IMG/VR virus record: IMGVR_UViG_3300012145_000008 | Location: 1-26,520 of that record | DNA length: 26,520 bases | Direction: 5' to 3' (one strand) | From: a virus | Taxonomy: Duplodnaviria; Caudoviricetes | Shown: positions 8,820 to 16,775 of the stretch, piece after piece | Position numbering within the stretch: the first letter of the stretch is position 1 | How the letters are laid out: each line of letters opens with the position of its first letter | The notes under the pieces: generated by a model | What the model was told of the DNA's origin: nothing | The model's database searches: none | The model's input: the letters and a program-made list of their open reading frames with translations, nothing else | Translations under genes and position numbers: made by a program

Positions 8820-10796
8820 TTATATTTGGCACCTACAATTTATCGTCTCAGCCGCTGATCCTCTTGAGTCGCCGGGATACATCAGACCATTGCTAAAAGG
8901 CATCTCGAGCGGTACCTCCTCACCATCCATCTCCAGATGATTAGCGATATCATCTGGATCGTTACCTCGAGTATTAGCGTCAGTGACTGACACCCATATC
9001 TTAATCGGGAGATTACCCTGTTTGTATCCCTCCATCGTTCCAAACTGATTAGCGTTATGTACCTCAGTCCGAGCAATCGACGCCGCTCGTCCAGTACTGA
9101 TACCCTCATACGTTGCCTCGATCCGTCCGATCAGTTGGTCTCGAGTTTCTCCAGCCGCAAAACTTTCCTCAAATTGCTTAGCGAGTTGCTTATGAGTTGT
9201 CGTATTGATAGACAGACCAGCATCGTCCAGGCGTTTATCCATCCAGGTTGTAATACTTGCCGTCACGTTGAAAGCAAAAGATGATCCAGCGAGAGCCATA
9301 GCCTCATCTCCAGCCTCAGCTAGTAAACTAGCGAGCGTCGGTAAAAATGACGCCTTAGCGAGTTTAGTCTCGAGCTCGATATTAAACGTATCATCAAGGA
9401 GAGTCTTAGTCTTAAAACTCTTACGAGTATCAATAGTCTTAATCAGTCGATCACGCTGAGCCTCCATATAAGATTTGACAGTCTCATTAAATCCGACAAT
9501 CTGACTGTCCTCTTTTTTAGCTTTAGTCTCGCCGTACTTTTTACGCACCGCCTCATCCCGGAGAGGATGGAGGATTTCTTTAGTGGACTTGATTCTCTTT
9601 TGAGTATCATCAGCTTTAGCCTTGAGATCAGTACCGAGCGGCATCATGTTAAACGGCACCATGATTACGTCTCCGTCTGGGAGCTCCTCGAAACCATGAC
9701 GAGCTCGAGCCTCATTGATAGTCATAAAGTAATTTTTAATACCACTCTCAGTCTCTTTAATTTTATCCTCGAGATTTTCTGGAGTAGGATCGACAAACGT
9801 CAGACGCTCTCCCTCAGCGACCATAGTACGATCAAGAGCCGTCGCTAGATTTCCGAGTAACGGCTTAATAGTCTCACGTAAAAAGATCCGGATCGCCGCA
9901 TCCGCATTACTAAACTGGATATCATCAAAAGATCCAAGGAGAGGCTTAGGCACTCCAGTCATAATGATGATATCCTCGAGCGTCATTTTTTTAGCGTCAA
10001 GGTAAGACAGCTCGTCCGGAGTGAGACCGGTACGAATGTAATCAGAGTCGCCACCTAAAAAGAGGGGAGTCCCAGCTTTCCGAGCATCAGCGTACTCTTT
10101 AGCGTAATCGTCTTTAAGTTGCTGGAGTTGCTCTTGAGTCAGACGAGGAGTCTTAAACTTAAACACTCCCTCGACCTTACCTCCGTTCTCTAGTACTCGA
10201 GAATGGTACGCACTGATCTGGACTTCCGTTTGGATTGTCTGGATACCAGACTTAAGGAGCGACCGACCCTGGAGCGGATTAGAGATATCCGGATTAAAGA
10301 TCATTACGATTTGCTCAGCCTCATATCGGATGGTCCCGTTATTAGTACGGTACTCGTAGTGATCGATATACGAGTTGTCTTTAGCATAAATAGGCTTGAC
10401 CATATCTGGTCGTAAGAGATGGAGTTTCTTTACTCGAGTCGACTCGAATAACTCACGCCCGATATCCTTGACGATGTACGCCGTACCGATGACGTCGTAA
10501 TACTTTTGGTAGAGACCCCAAAACTGAGGAGCTGAGTAATAGTCATTAGGAAAATTGAGCACGTCGAGCACTTGATGACCGAGGATCGGCTCACCGAGTT
10601 TATCTTTTACGATCCACTCCACCTCTCCCACTTTTTCAGCTCGCTTAGAAATAGCTCGATCAGTATACAAACTGATATCAACAGCCTTGAGATAATCACT
10701 AGCACCCCATCGAGTTGACGATGGTAAGTTACCGGAAAGGAGACCGATGTACTTTTGACTGGAAAACATCCCGGCAATATCTTTGAATAAACTCAT
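8820..10796 (-). CDS. Portal protein fused to a C-terminal Mu gpF / SPP1 gp7-like domain
   Basis: Likely start MSLFKDIA at 10796. Portal motifs LHLLRPDMV, GRSLL, GVPKPLLG and MTINEARARHG; C-terminal RAASIARTE...KIWVS..D..TR..H...DGE...LMYPGD...INCRC is the MuF signature. Confidence 0.92.
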   Translation of the reverse strand: MSLFKDIAGMFSSQKYIGLLSGNLPSSTRWGASDYLKAVDISLYTDRAISKRAEKVGEVEWIVKDKLGEPILGHQVLDVLNFPNDYYSAPQFWGLYQKYYDVIGTAYIVKDIGRELFESTRVKKLHLLRPDMVKPIYAKDNSYIDHYEYRTNNGTIRYEAEQIVMIFNPDISNPLQGRSLLKSGIQTIQTEVQISAYHSRVLENGGKVEGVFKFKTPRLTQEQLQQLKDDYAKEYADARKAGTPLFLGGDSDYIRTGLTPDELSYLDAKKMTLEDIIIMTGVPKPLLGSFDDIQFSNADAAIRIFLRETIKPLLGNLATALDRTMVAEGERLTFVDPTPENLEDKIKETESGIKNYFMTINEARARHGFEELPDGDVIMVPFNMMPLGTDLKAKADDTQKRIKSTKEILHPLRDEAVRKKYGETKAKKEDSQIVGFNETVKSYMEAQRDRLIKTIDTRKSFKTKTLLDDTFNIELETKLAKASFLPTLASLLAEAGDEAMALAGSSFAFNVTASITTWMDKRLDDAGLSINTTTHKQLAKQFEESFAAGETRDQLIGRIEATYEGISTGRAASIARTEVHNANQFGTMEGYKQGNLPIKIWVSVTDANTRGNDPDDIANHLEMDGEEVPLEMPFSNGLMYPGDSRGSAAETINCRCQI

Positions 10797-10815
10797 ATAC
10801 CAAAATAATAGCACG

Positions 10816-11013
10816 TTAGTCGAGGTACTTGTATATCATTGCTCGGTATTGCTTAGGAAAAAGGGGAGCGTACGCCCAGATCCATATCCGCTTAGAGATC
10901 CATCTCGGTCGAGGACGGACGATTTCTGATAACACTGACATCCCCTCGCCTAGACTTGTACGTACCTCCCGGCGTGTATATTGCCGGAGCTTTTTAGCTT
11001 TTTTAGTGTTCAT
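10816..11013 (-). CDS. Small basic hypothetical protein
   Basis: 65 aa; its ATG overlaps the upstream stop (ATGA). Confidence 0.6.
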   Translation of the reverse strand: MNTKKAKKLRQYTRREVRTSLGEGMSVLSEIVRPRPRWISKRIWIWAYAPLFPKQYRAMIYKYLD

Positions 11014-11144
11014 AATTTAATTTTAGTAACCGCTTCCAGTGTGGGTTTTAGTGACGGACATATTTCTTCCAGAGTTATATAGTCTCGATCTACTAATTGA
11101 CCATTAGGCAAGAGCTTTTTAAAGTCTATTGTTTCTTCTTTCAT
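11010..11144 (-). CDS. Small hypothetical protein, 44 aa
   Basis: Translated by hand: MKEETIDFKKLLPNGQLVDRDYITLEEICPSLKPTLEAVTKIKL*. Extended -10 lies 8 nt upstream and the stop is ATGA-coupled to the next gene. Confidence 0.55.
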   Translation of the reverse strand: MKEETIDFKKLLPNGQLVDRDYITLEEICPSLKPTLEAVTKIKL

Positions 11145-11166
11145 ATGTTTACATGATATCACACTC

Positions 11167-11670
11167 TTAAAAGATATAATCTTCTGCCAGACCTTTCAGT
11201 CGTCTTGTCCTAGCTTTCATTTTACAATTTAAATGACAAAATCGAGCTCTTGAATCAAAAGTTTTTGTAGAATATATTTTTTTACAGTGTGCGCATACTC
11301 TATCTTTAAAGATTTTATTTTCCCAACATTTTTTGCCGTTTTCTTTATGCCATTCTCTACCCTCTTTAGATTTATGCCATGCCTTAGCTAGTGGACTGAT
11401 ATTAAGCATATGTATTCTTGCTCGGTCTCGTCTTTCCTGAGTCATATGAGCCTTAAGATGATTTGCTGGATTTTTTAGTTCAAGATTTTTTATATCATTA
11501 TTTAAACTATCACCGTCAATATGGTGAACGTGCATACCTTTAGGAGGTAAACCATTATAATATTCATATACATCACGATGCATTCTCTTAGTACCTCGAC
11601 TAAAGTACTTTTCTCCATTATGTAGAAGATATCTTTTCCCTTTAAAGTATTGCTCTGGTTTTTTTGACAT
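11167..11670 (-). CDS. HNH endonuclease with C-terminal Zn-binding motif
   Basis: MHRDVY...HVHHIDGDSLNNDIKNLEL is an HNH_3 motif; CAHC...FCHLNCK follows. AT-rich relative to the backbone. Confidence 0.88.
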   Translation of the reverse strand: MSKKPEQYFKGKRYLLHNGEKYFSRGTKRMHRDVYEYYNGLPPKGMHVHHIDGDSLNNDIKNLELKNPANHLKAHMTQERRDRARIHMLNISPLAKAWHKSKEGREWHKENGKKCWENKIFKDRVCAHCKKIYSTKTFDSRARFCHLNCKMKARTRRLKGLAEDYIF

Positions 11671-11698
11671 ACCTTATTGTATCATATCCATTGTGTTG

Positions 11699-12970
11699 TT
11701 ACCCAGCAAAACCGGCAAACGATTGGGAACGTCCCGATATCACTACATAGCGGCAACAATCCATCAAGTGATTCCATTTATCCTCCGGATTACCAGTCGG
11801 GAGCTTATTACGATCGAGTCTCCATTTATAGTTTTGTCGCTCGGTATCGATATTAGAGCTCGACTCGGTATAAAACACCTCGAGACCCTGGAGTAAGTCG
11901 ATCCCGGCGTTTACTGAGCCTGGACCTTTCATAGCCGGCTCGACGTACCAGCCATCTTGACAGAGCTCCTCGATAGATTTCATCTCAGCACTATCGCCAT
12001 AAATAAGATCTTGACCAGTCAGACCGAGATCCTCGAAACGCTTACTCAGAGAGTGATTACCGACGTTAGTCAGTCCAGTCTCATACAGCAACTCCTTAAA
12101 CCAGACTTTATTATTGTGCATCTTAGTAGCGACGAGAGCCGCTGGATCGTTACTAAATCCAAAGTCGAGACCATACGTCACCGGGTACGGGAGAGCATCA
12201 AACTCAGCGTCAGAGATGGTACTCCAATTCTTAAAGATACGACCTCGAGCTCCCTCCGATACATACCCTCGGATCATGTTGTAATAATAATCGGGACGAG
12301 TTTCTTTATACCGCTCAAAGTTGATGATCGATGACTCATTTACGTTCTGGATATTCTCCTTGTAAGTGGTCGAGATAACTACCGTGTCAGTCAGCTCCGG
12401 CTTTTTGACAGCCTCATAAAAACCAGGGAGATCCGGGACGTCGATCAGATTAAAAAACCGCTTGACGATCCAGTGATCTTTTTCTGGAGGATTGAGCATG
12501 AGTACGACGATGATATCCGATTTCTTAGTACGGAGGGAGTCATCGAGTTGCATAAAGTCATCCTCAGCAATCTCGTCAGCCTCCTCGATGACGACGACGT
12601 TATAGTTAGAGAGAGACTTGAGCTTACTCTTTTGATCGCTGGATGATTTTCTAAAACCGATCCCGACGACTTTATTTTTCTTATAGCTAAAACCAATCGG
12701 AGATCCATGCTGAGTATAATCCTCGAGCTGATCAGATCCGTCCTCCTCGATCCGGTCGAGTGTATCTTGAAATATAGAATTTTTAATATCCCCATAAATA
12801 AACCGCATCATCGCACACCGGAAATACTTAGTCGTATCAAACAGACCAGTCTTAATCAGCTGAGATCCAGCGGTTGATCGACCAGCTGATCGAGCTCCGA
12901 ATAACACAAAATACCGGACTCCCGGCGGTCGTATAAATAAATCCTTGTAATGATGGTTAACTTTTTGCAT
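11699..12970 (-). CDS. terL: Terminase large subunit (PBSX / Terminase_3 type)
   Basis: Walker A-like GARSAGRST, Walker B VVIEEADE, coupling motif LNP, nuclease motifs GLDFGFSNDP, GDSAE and NHLMDCCRY. Confidence 0.93.
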   Translation of the reverse strand: MQKVNHHYKDLFIRPPGVRYFVLFGARSAGRSTAGSQLIKTGLFDTTKYFRCAMMRFIYGDIKNSIFQDTLDRIEEDGSDQLEDYTQHGSPIGFSYKKNKVVGIGFRKSSSDQKSKLKSLSNYNVVVIEEADEIAEDDFMQLDDSLRTKKSDIIVVLMLNPPEKDHWIVKRFFNLIDVPDLPGFYEAVKKPELTDTVVISTTYKENIQNVNESSIINFERYKETRPDYYYNMIRGYVSEGARGRIFKNWSTISDAEFDALPYPVTYGLDFGFSNDPAALVATKMHNNKVWFKELLYETGLTNVGNHSLSKRFEDLGLTGQDLIYGDSAEMKSIEELCQDGWYVEPAMKGPGSVNAGIDLLQGLEVFYTESSSNIDTERQNYKWRLDRNKLPTGNPEDKWNHLMDCCRYVVISGRSQSFAGFAG

Positions 12971-13595
12971 CGTCAGTATCAGTTACCTCCTCAGCCTCGA
13001 TGACGTGCACCTTAGTCGGATCAATCGGGACCGGCTCTTTTTGATCTGGATTACTAAAGTCCATAAAGATGATCCCGTTATTATTCTCGACCAGAGCACC
13101 ACCTCCGATCCCTAGCTTACCGAGACGAGTTTGCTTATGCTCTTTTTTCTCGAGGTACTCTTTAGACGTCTGGACAGATCCCCGGACTTTAATCGACATC
13201 GCTAGATTGCGACGAGCGTGATATCCGAGCTCCTCCTTACAATGATCGATCACGTCCTTAAAGTGGGGATGTTTGTCAATAAAGTTCTGGAGCTGAGAGA
13301 TACTGATACCAGCAAAATAGCAAGCCTCTTTTTTACTACAGTCCATCCGGAAAGCGTCGATCAGTTTCTCGACTTTGTATTTATTAGCCCACCATCCGCC
13401 GGGAGTATTAAGAATAGGCACCGGCTCCGGGAGCTTACTGTCCTCGATCTGATACGCATAATAAGCCGGACGTCCGTACGTTGTCATCCCACCGGGAGCG
13501 AGCGGCGTACTATTATGACGCCGCTTTTTATATGGTACGACCGGCTCACCATTTATGATTTTCGGCTTTCGACCGCTATATCCTTTCTTACTCAT
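12957..13595 (-). CDS. terS: Probable terminase small subunit
   Basis: Directly upstream of and overlapping terL. HTH-like 'KLIDAFRMDCSKKEACYFAGIS...HPHF' and 'SKEYLEKK'. Confidence 0.7.
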   Translation of the reverse strand: MSKKGYSGRKPKIINGEPVVPYKKRRHNSTPLAPGGMTTYGRPAYYAYQIEDSKLPEPVPILNTPGGWWANKYKVEKLIDAFRMDCSKKEACYFAGISISQLQNFIDKHPHFKDVIDHCKEELGYHARRNLAMSIKVRGSVQTSKEYLEKKEHKQTRLGKLGIGGGALVENNNGIIFMDFSNPDQKEPVPIDPTKVHVIEAEEVTDTDDAKS

Positions 13596-13614
13596 ACAAT
13601 CATATTATCACATA

Positions 13615-13803
13615 ACAAAAAGAGCTCGGAGTTAAGTACTGGACTGAGACCGATCGGGAGCGACCCTTTCGTCATTTATGGTGATACACCGCCCATCATT
13701 TGACCAGACGGATAGTATCAACTTAAGATCAATCGTTTAACGGACTGACTCAGTTCGCCTCAGTGATATCTCCAGTACTTAACTCCGAGCTCTTACTCGG
13801 AGG
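13615..13803 (-). ncRNA. Candidate ~190-nt rod-shaped structured RNA
   Basis: Perfect 24-bp inverted repeat (13620-13643 / 13771-13794) with nested internal stems, an upstream TGATACAAT (13809-13817) and a U-run right after the closing stem. Confidence 0.55.
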
Positions 13804-13863
13804 CTTTTATTGTATCAAGGATCTGACCCCACTCATTACTCTCCTCCTCGGTTATTGAGTCCA

Positions 13864-14115
13864 TTACTTTTTGACGTAATAACCTCGCAACCGTCCCAGC
13901 CCCTCGAATACCTGGAGGACCTCAGTCTTAGTAACACCACTCCGAGACATCCCAGCAACCAGGACAGCAACACCATCGTCAGTCAGACCAGTCTCTCGCA
14001 TCGCCTGGAGATTCTTATCGATCGCAATGATCGACGCCGCTAGTACCTCCGGAGTCTCCGGATTAGTAGCATCCTTTACGACCTTGAGATTATTGACTCG
14101 TTTTTTTATAGCCAT
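13864..14115 (-). CDS. Hypothetical protein
   Basis: 83-aa ORF starting 3 nt after the MTase stop, with backbone-like codon usage. Confidence 0.65.
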   Translation of the reverse strand: MAIKKRVNNLKVVKDATNPETPEVLAASIIAIDKNLQAMRETGLTDDGVAVLVAGMSRSGVTKTEVLQVFEGLGRLRGYYVKK

Positions 14116-14118
14116 AGA

Positions 14119-15198
14119 TTAGATTTTAACAGATTTGATAAACCTCTCCATCACGTCAGCGATTACGTTTACCGTGACAGCATTACCGCACATCTTGTAC
14201 CGCTGAGTATCACTCGCTCCCTCAGTCCAGCCATCTGGAAACGCCTGGAGTCTCTCGCACTCGGTTGGAGTTAGTCGGCGGATTTGTAAGTCCTCAAGTG
14301 TCATTGGTTTATGTCCTGTACTAAGAGCGTGCGACTTCCCTGTTGGGTAGGTAACGTGAGTGCCCTGGATAGAGCTTTTCTTTTTATCATTACGTGCTAG
14401 ATGAAAACCATCTTTTGTCTGTCTTACATAGCTTCCCCTGTGTTTGTCGTTTCCCGCTTGCAAGCAGTATGCAAGGTCGTTCCCTTGTGGAGCCTTCCCA
14501 TTATTGAGGCTGTCGCTTTCTCCGAAAGGAAATACCTCTGGTCTGGTGACTCCTCTAAGATGTCCGACAATGATGACTCGCTCCCTGTTTTGAGGGACTC
14601 CGTGATTTTTGCTGTTAAGCACTTGCCATTGACAGTCATACCCCAGCTCATCAAGCGCGGCGATGATTGTTCTAAAGGTCTCCCCTTGGTCGTGAGATAG
14701 TAGCCCTTTGACGTTCTCAAAAAGTAAATAAGATGGGAGCTTTTGTTTAATGATCCGAGCGAGCTCAAAAAAGAGCGTACCTCGGGTATCATCGAACCCT
14801 CGTCTTTTTCCGGCGATGCTGAAAGCCTGGCAAGGAAAGCCCCCGACAAGTAAGTCAAAGTCCGGGAGAGCTCCCTCATCGATTGTAGTGATATCTCCAT
14901 AATTTTTGTGATCCTTAAAGTGTTTTTGATAAGTTTCGGCGGCGTATTTATCAATCTCGGAGAAACCAACACATAATGGTCTCGAGTCAGACTGGTCGTC
15001 ACGGCGTTTACTAGCTGATCGTTTCGAGGTACTAGCTTTTTCCCTCGCCTGGGACAGTAATCCTTTCCGACCGTCTCCCGGCGTATTCTTTTTGCCTCCT
15101 CCGTTCTGACCTCCGTTAGCATGACGTACGATTTCATAAGCTCGCTCAATACCTAGCTCAAAACCTCCGATCCCAGAGAATGTACTAAAGTATCTCAT
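14119..15198 (-). CDS. DNA (cytosine-5)-methyltransferase, main (alpha) polypeptide
   Basis: Motif I FSGIGG, IV GGFPCQAFS, VI FENVKGL, VIII PQNRERV, IX RRLTPTECERLQAFPD and X YKMCGNAV. Confidence 0.95.
   Translation of the reverse strand: MRYFSTFSGIGGFELGIERAYEIVRHANGGQNGGGKKNTPGDGRKGLLSQAREKASTSKRSASKRRDDQSDSRPLCVGFSEIDKYAAETYQKHFKDHKNYGDITTIDEGALPDFDLLVGGFPCQAFSIAGKRRGFDDTRGTLFFELARIIKQKLPSYLLFENVKGLLSHDQGETFRTIIAALDELGYDCQWQVLNSKNHGVPQNRERVIIVGHLRGVTRPEVFPFGESDSLNNGKAPQGNDLAYCLQAGNDKHRGSYVRQTKDGFHLARNDKKKSSIQGTHVTYPTGKSHALSTGHKPMTLEDLQIRRLTPTECERLQAFPDGWTEGASDTQRYKMCGNAVTVNVIADVMERFIKSVKI
14424..15137 (-). CDS. Overlapping +1-frame methyltransferase partner (beta-like) polypeptide
   Basis: About 237 codons are open entirely inside the MTase gene. 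They contain SLSDILEESPDQRYFLSEKA, resembling the 'L.DILE....KYYLS' segment of C5 MTases, and an N-terminal TRD-like module RTEEAKRIRRE...PRRGKKLVPRND...NAVTT. Confidence 0.7.
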   Translation of the reverse strand: MKSYVMLTEVRTEEAKRIRRETVGKDYCPRRGKKLVPRNDQLVNAVTTSLTRDHYVLVSPRLINTPPKLIKNTLRITKIMEISLQSMRELSRTLTYLSGAFLARLSASPEKDEGSMIPEVRSFLSSLGSLNKSSHLIYFLRTSKGYYLTTKGRPLEQSSPRLMSWGMTVNGKCLTAKITESLKTGSESSLSDILEESPDQRYFLSEKATASIMGRLHKGTTLHTACKRETTNTGEAM

Positions 15199-15467
15199 AT
15201 CTTTATATCCAGTAATTTACAGATCATCGCTTGAGCTCGCATATCTTGATCCTTGAGATCATACCCGTAACTCCAGAGAGTGATCAGCTCAATAATGTCA
15301 GAGCTGACAATAGCTTTAGTCCGATCGCCTGGGACATAGCTCGCCGTTACAGCTGACGGATTGACTCGACCGATAGCGTCCAGGATATGCTCGAGAGCAT
15401 ACTGACCGTTAGTCGCCATCTCTCCGGAGAGAGTAGCCTCTAGCTTAGCTCGGATCTTACTTTCCAT
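15195..15467 (-). CDS. Hypothetical protein
   Basis: 90 aa; ATGA-coupled to the MTase start. Confidence 0.65.
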   Translation of the reverse strand: MESKIRAKLEATLSGEMATNGQYALEHILDAIGRVNPSAVTASYVPGDRTKAIVSSDIIELITLWSYGYDLKDQDMRAQAMICKLLDIKI

Positions 15468-15861
15468 TTTGCTCAGTCATTTTAAGATCGATCATCGCCT
15501 CAGTGAGAGCAACGTAATCAGAGATCCGCATCGATTTCATGTTGATATCCATCTGGACAGTAACAAACTTTTGCAACTCTCCAGCCGCATCCTCTTGGAC
15601 CTTGTACGCCTCGAATACCTCCGGATGACGATCTTGTAAAATCTTAGCCGCCTGGTTATCACTTGCTCCGAGTAAAAAGACCTCATCCCATAAGACCTTA
15701 CGCTTGACGGTAATCTCTTTACCCTCTCGCTCAAACGTCTCCTCCACATGATTAAAGCGATCTTGAGCGGTCCGGAGGATCTCACTCGCTGTCGCCTCAG
15801 CTGTCCGTACTTTATCTGTTAACGTGTGCAATTCCTTGATTGTATCTCTTGTTATTTTCAT
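15457..15861 (-). CDS. Hypothetical helical protein
   Basis: Likely start MKITRDT at ATG 15861, with TGATATCAT 8 nt upstream. Confidence 0.7.
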   Translation of the reverse strand: MKITRDTIKELHTLTDKVRTAEATASEILRTAQDRFNHVEETFEREGKEITVKRKVLWDEVFLLGASDNQAAKILQDRHPEVFEAYKVQEDAAGELQKFVTVQMDINMKSMRISDYVALTEAMIDLKMTEQNGK

Positions 15862-15883
15862 ATGACTATATGATATCACACTC

Positions 15884-15911
15884 AAAACAAAACACACTCC
15901 GGAGAGTGTGC
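15884..15911 (-). terminator. Intrinsic terminator after infA
   Basis: GCACACTC-TCCG-GAGTGTGT followed by TTTGTTTTG; the loop is a cUNCGg tetraloop. Confidence 0.8.
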
Positions 15912-15916
15912 ATTAG

Positions 15917-16147
15917 TTATCGTCGCCAAACGATCCGATCAGTTGTTTTACCGAGATGCGGATCAAGCACTACCTCGACTCGATCTCCGACGAGGAGTTG
16001 TATCCTTGCCCGTTTCATTTTCCCGGCTAGATGAGCTATCGAGATCGGATCCTCCCTCAGTGTCTGGTCCTCCAGCTGGATCTTGTACATCCCCTGGGGC
16101 ATTTGCTCCAGTATCCTCGCCGTCGGATTGTTCGTCATTTTCCTCAT
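15917..16147 (-). CDS. infA: Translation initiation factor IF-1 homologue
   Basis: ARILEQMPQGMYKIQLED...IAHLAGKMKRARIQLLVGDRVEVVLDP...RIVWRR aligns by eye with IF-1 (VLETLPNTMFRVELE...[26 protein letters not shown]...RIVFR). Start is uncertain (16165, 16147 or 16138). Confidence 0.88.
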   Translation of the reverse strand: MRKMTNNPTARILEQMPQGMYKIQLEDQTLREDPISIAHLAGKMKRARIQLLVGDRVEVVLDPHLGKTTDRIVWRR

Positions 16148-16775
16148 TATCGTAATCCTTATCACTTGTAATCACCGCTCCACTCATAGCCATTTTATAA
16201 GGGAGTCGTCCTTTCGCTCGGTTACTAAAGTCAACCGCAAAATCGTCAGCTGTCTCATTAAACCGGAGAGAGATAAAGACATCAGTGTAAAGGACCATAA
16301 ACCGATTGACGACAGTCGTCTCAGTAAAGACATCTCCCTCGTCAGTCTTGAGAGCTTTCTGTTTTGACTCCTCGACAGTATTGATATGACCTCCGACCAC
16401 TCCGATCGTTTTGTTTGATCGCATCACTCGGATCATTGCCTCGATATCAGTGTCGGTAGTAATCACATCCTCATCAGTAAGGAGGAGTTTATAATTACTC
16501 TTACTCCGAGAGACCAGCTCATTAAAGGCTCGTCCCAGTGACGCCTTGTAAGCGATATGATGTACGACGATACGATTAACGCCATCAACCTCAGCCCGGA
16601 GAGATTTGTAATACGATCGGTCGATACTTTCAGCTGAGTCAGCGATTGTGATTTTAGCCGTCGGGTATAGATCAAGGACTGACCGGATGACTCGCTCGAG
16701 TCCAGGTCGATTATCATAAGTGCTGATCAGAAAGTCGATCTCAGAGAGTCGTACTGGATTTGTATCTTTTTTCAT
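15963..16775 (-). CDS. Glycosyltransferase family 2-like protein with an acidic overprinted tail
   Basis: IDFLISTYDNRPGLERVIRSV, ITIADS, LGRAFNELV, LLLTDEDVI and IGVVGG follow the GT-A fold pattern, with some degenerate motifs. Confidence 0.7.
   Translation of the reverse strand: MKKDTNPVRLSEIDFLISTYDNRPGLERVIRSVLDLYPTAKITIADSAESIDRSYYKSLRAEVDGVNRIVVHHIAYKASLGRAFNELVSRSKSNYKLLLTDEDVITTDTDIEAMIRVMRSNKTIGVVGGHINTVEESKQKALKTDEGDVFTETTVVNRFMVLYTDVFISLRFNETADDFAVDFSNRAKGRLPYKMAMSGAVITSDKDYDNEENDEQSDGEDTGANAPGDVQDPAGGPDTEGGSDLDSSSSRENETGKDTTPRRRSSRGSA

Noticed and set aside
13620-13794. Hammerhead or pistol ribozyme, retron msr-msd, or MITE readings of the inverted-repeat element
   Set aside because: No complete CUGAnGA...GAAA core or pistol pseudoknot could be built, no RT or transposase is present, and there is no clear target-site duplication. 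It is kept only as an unclassified structured element.
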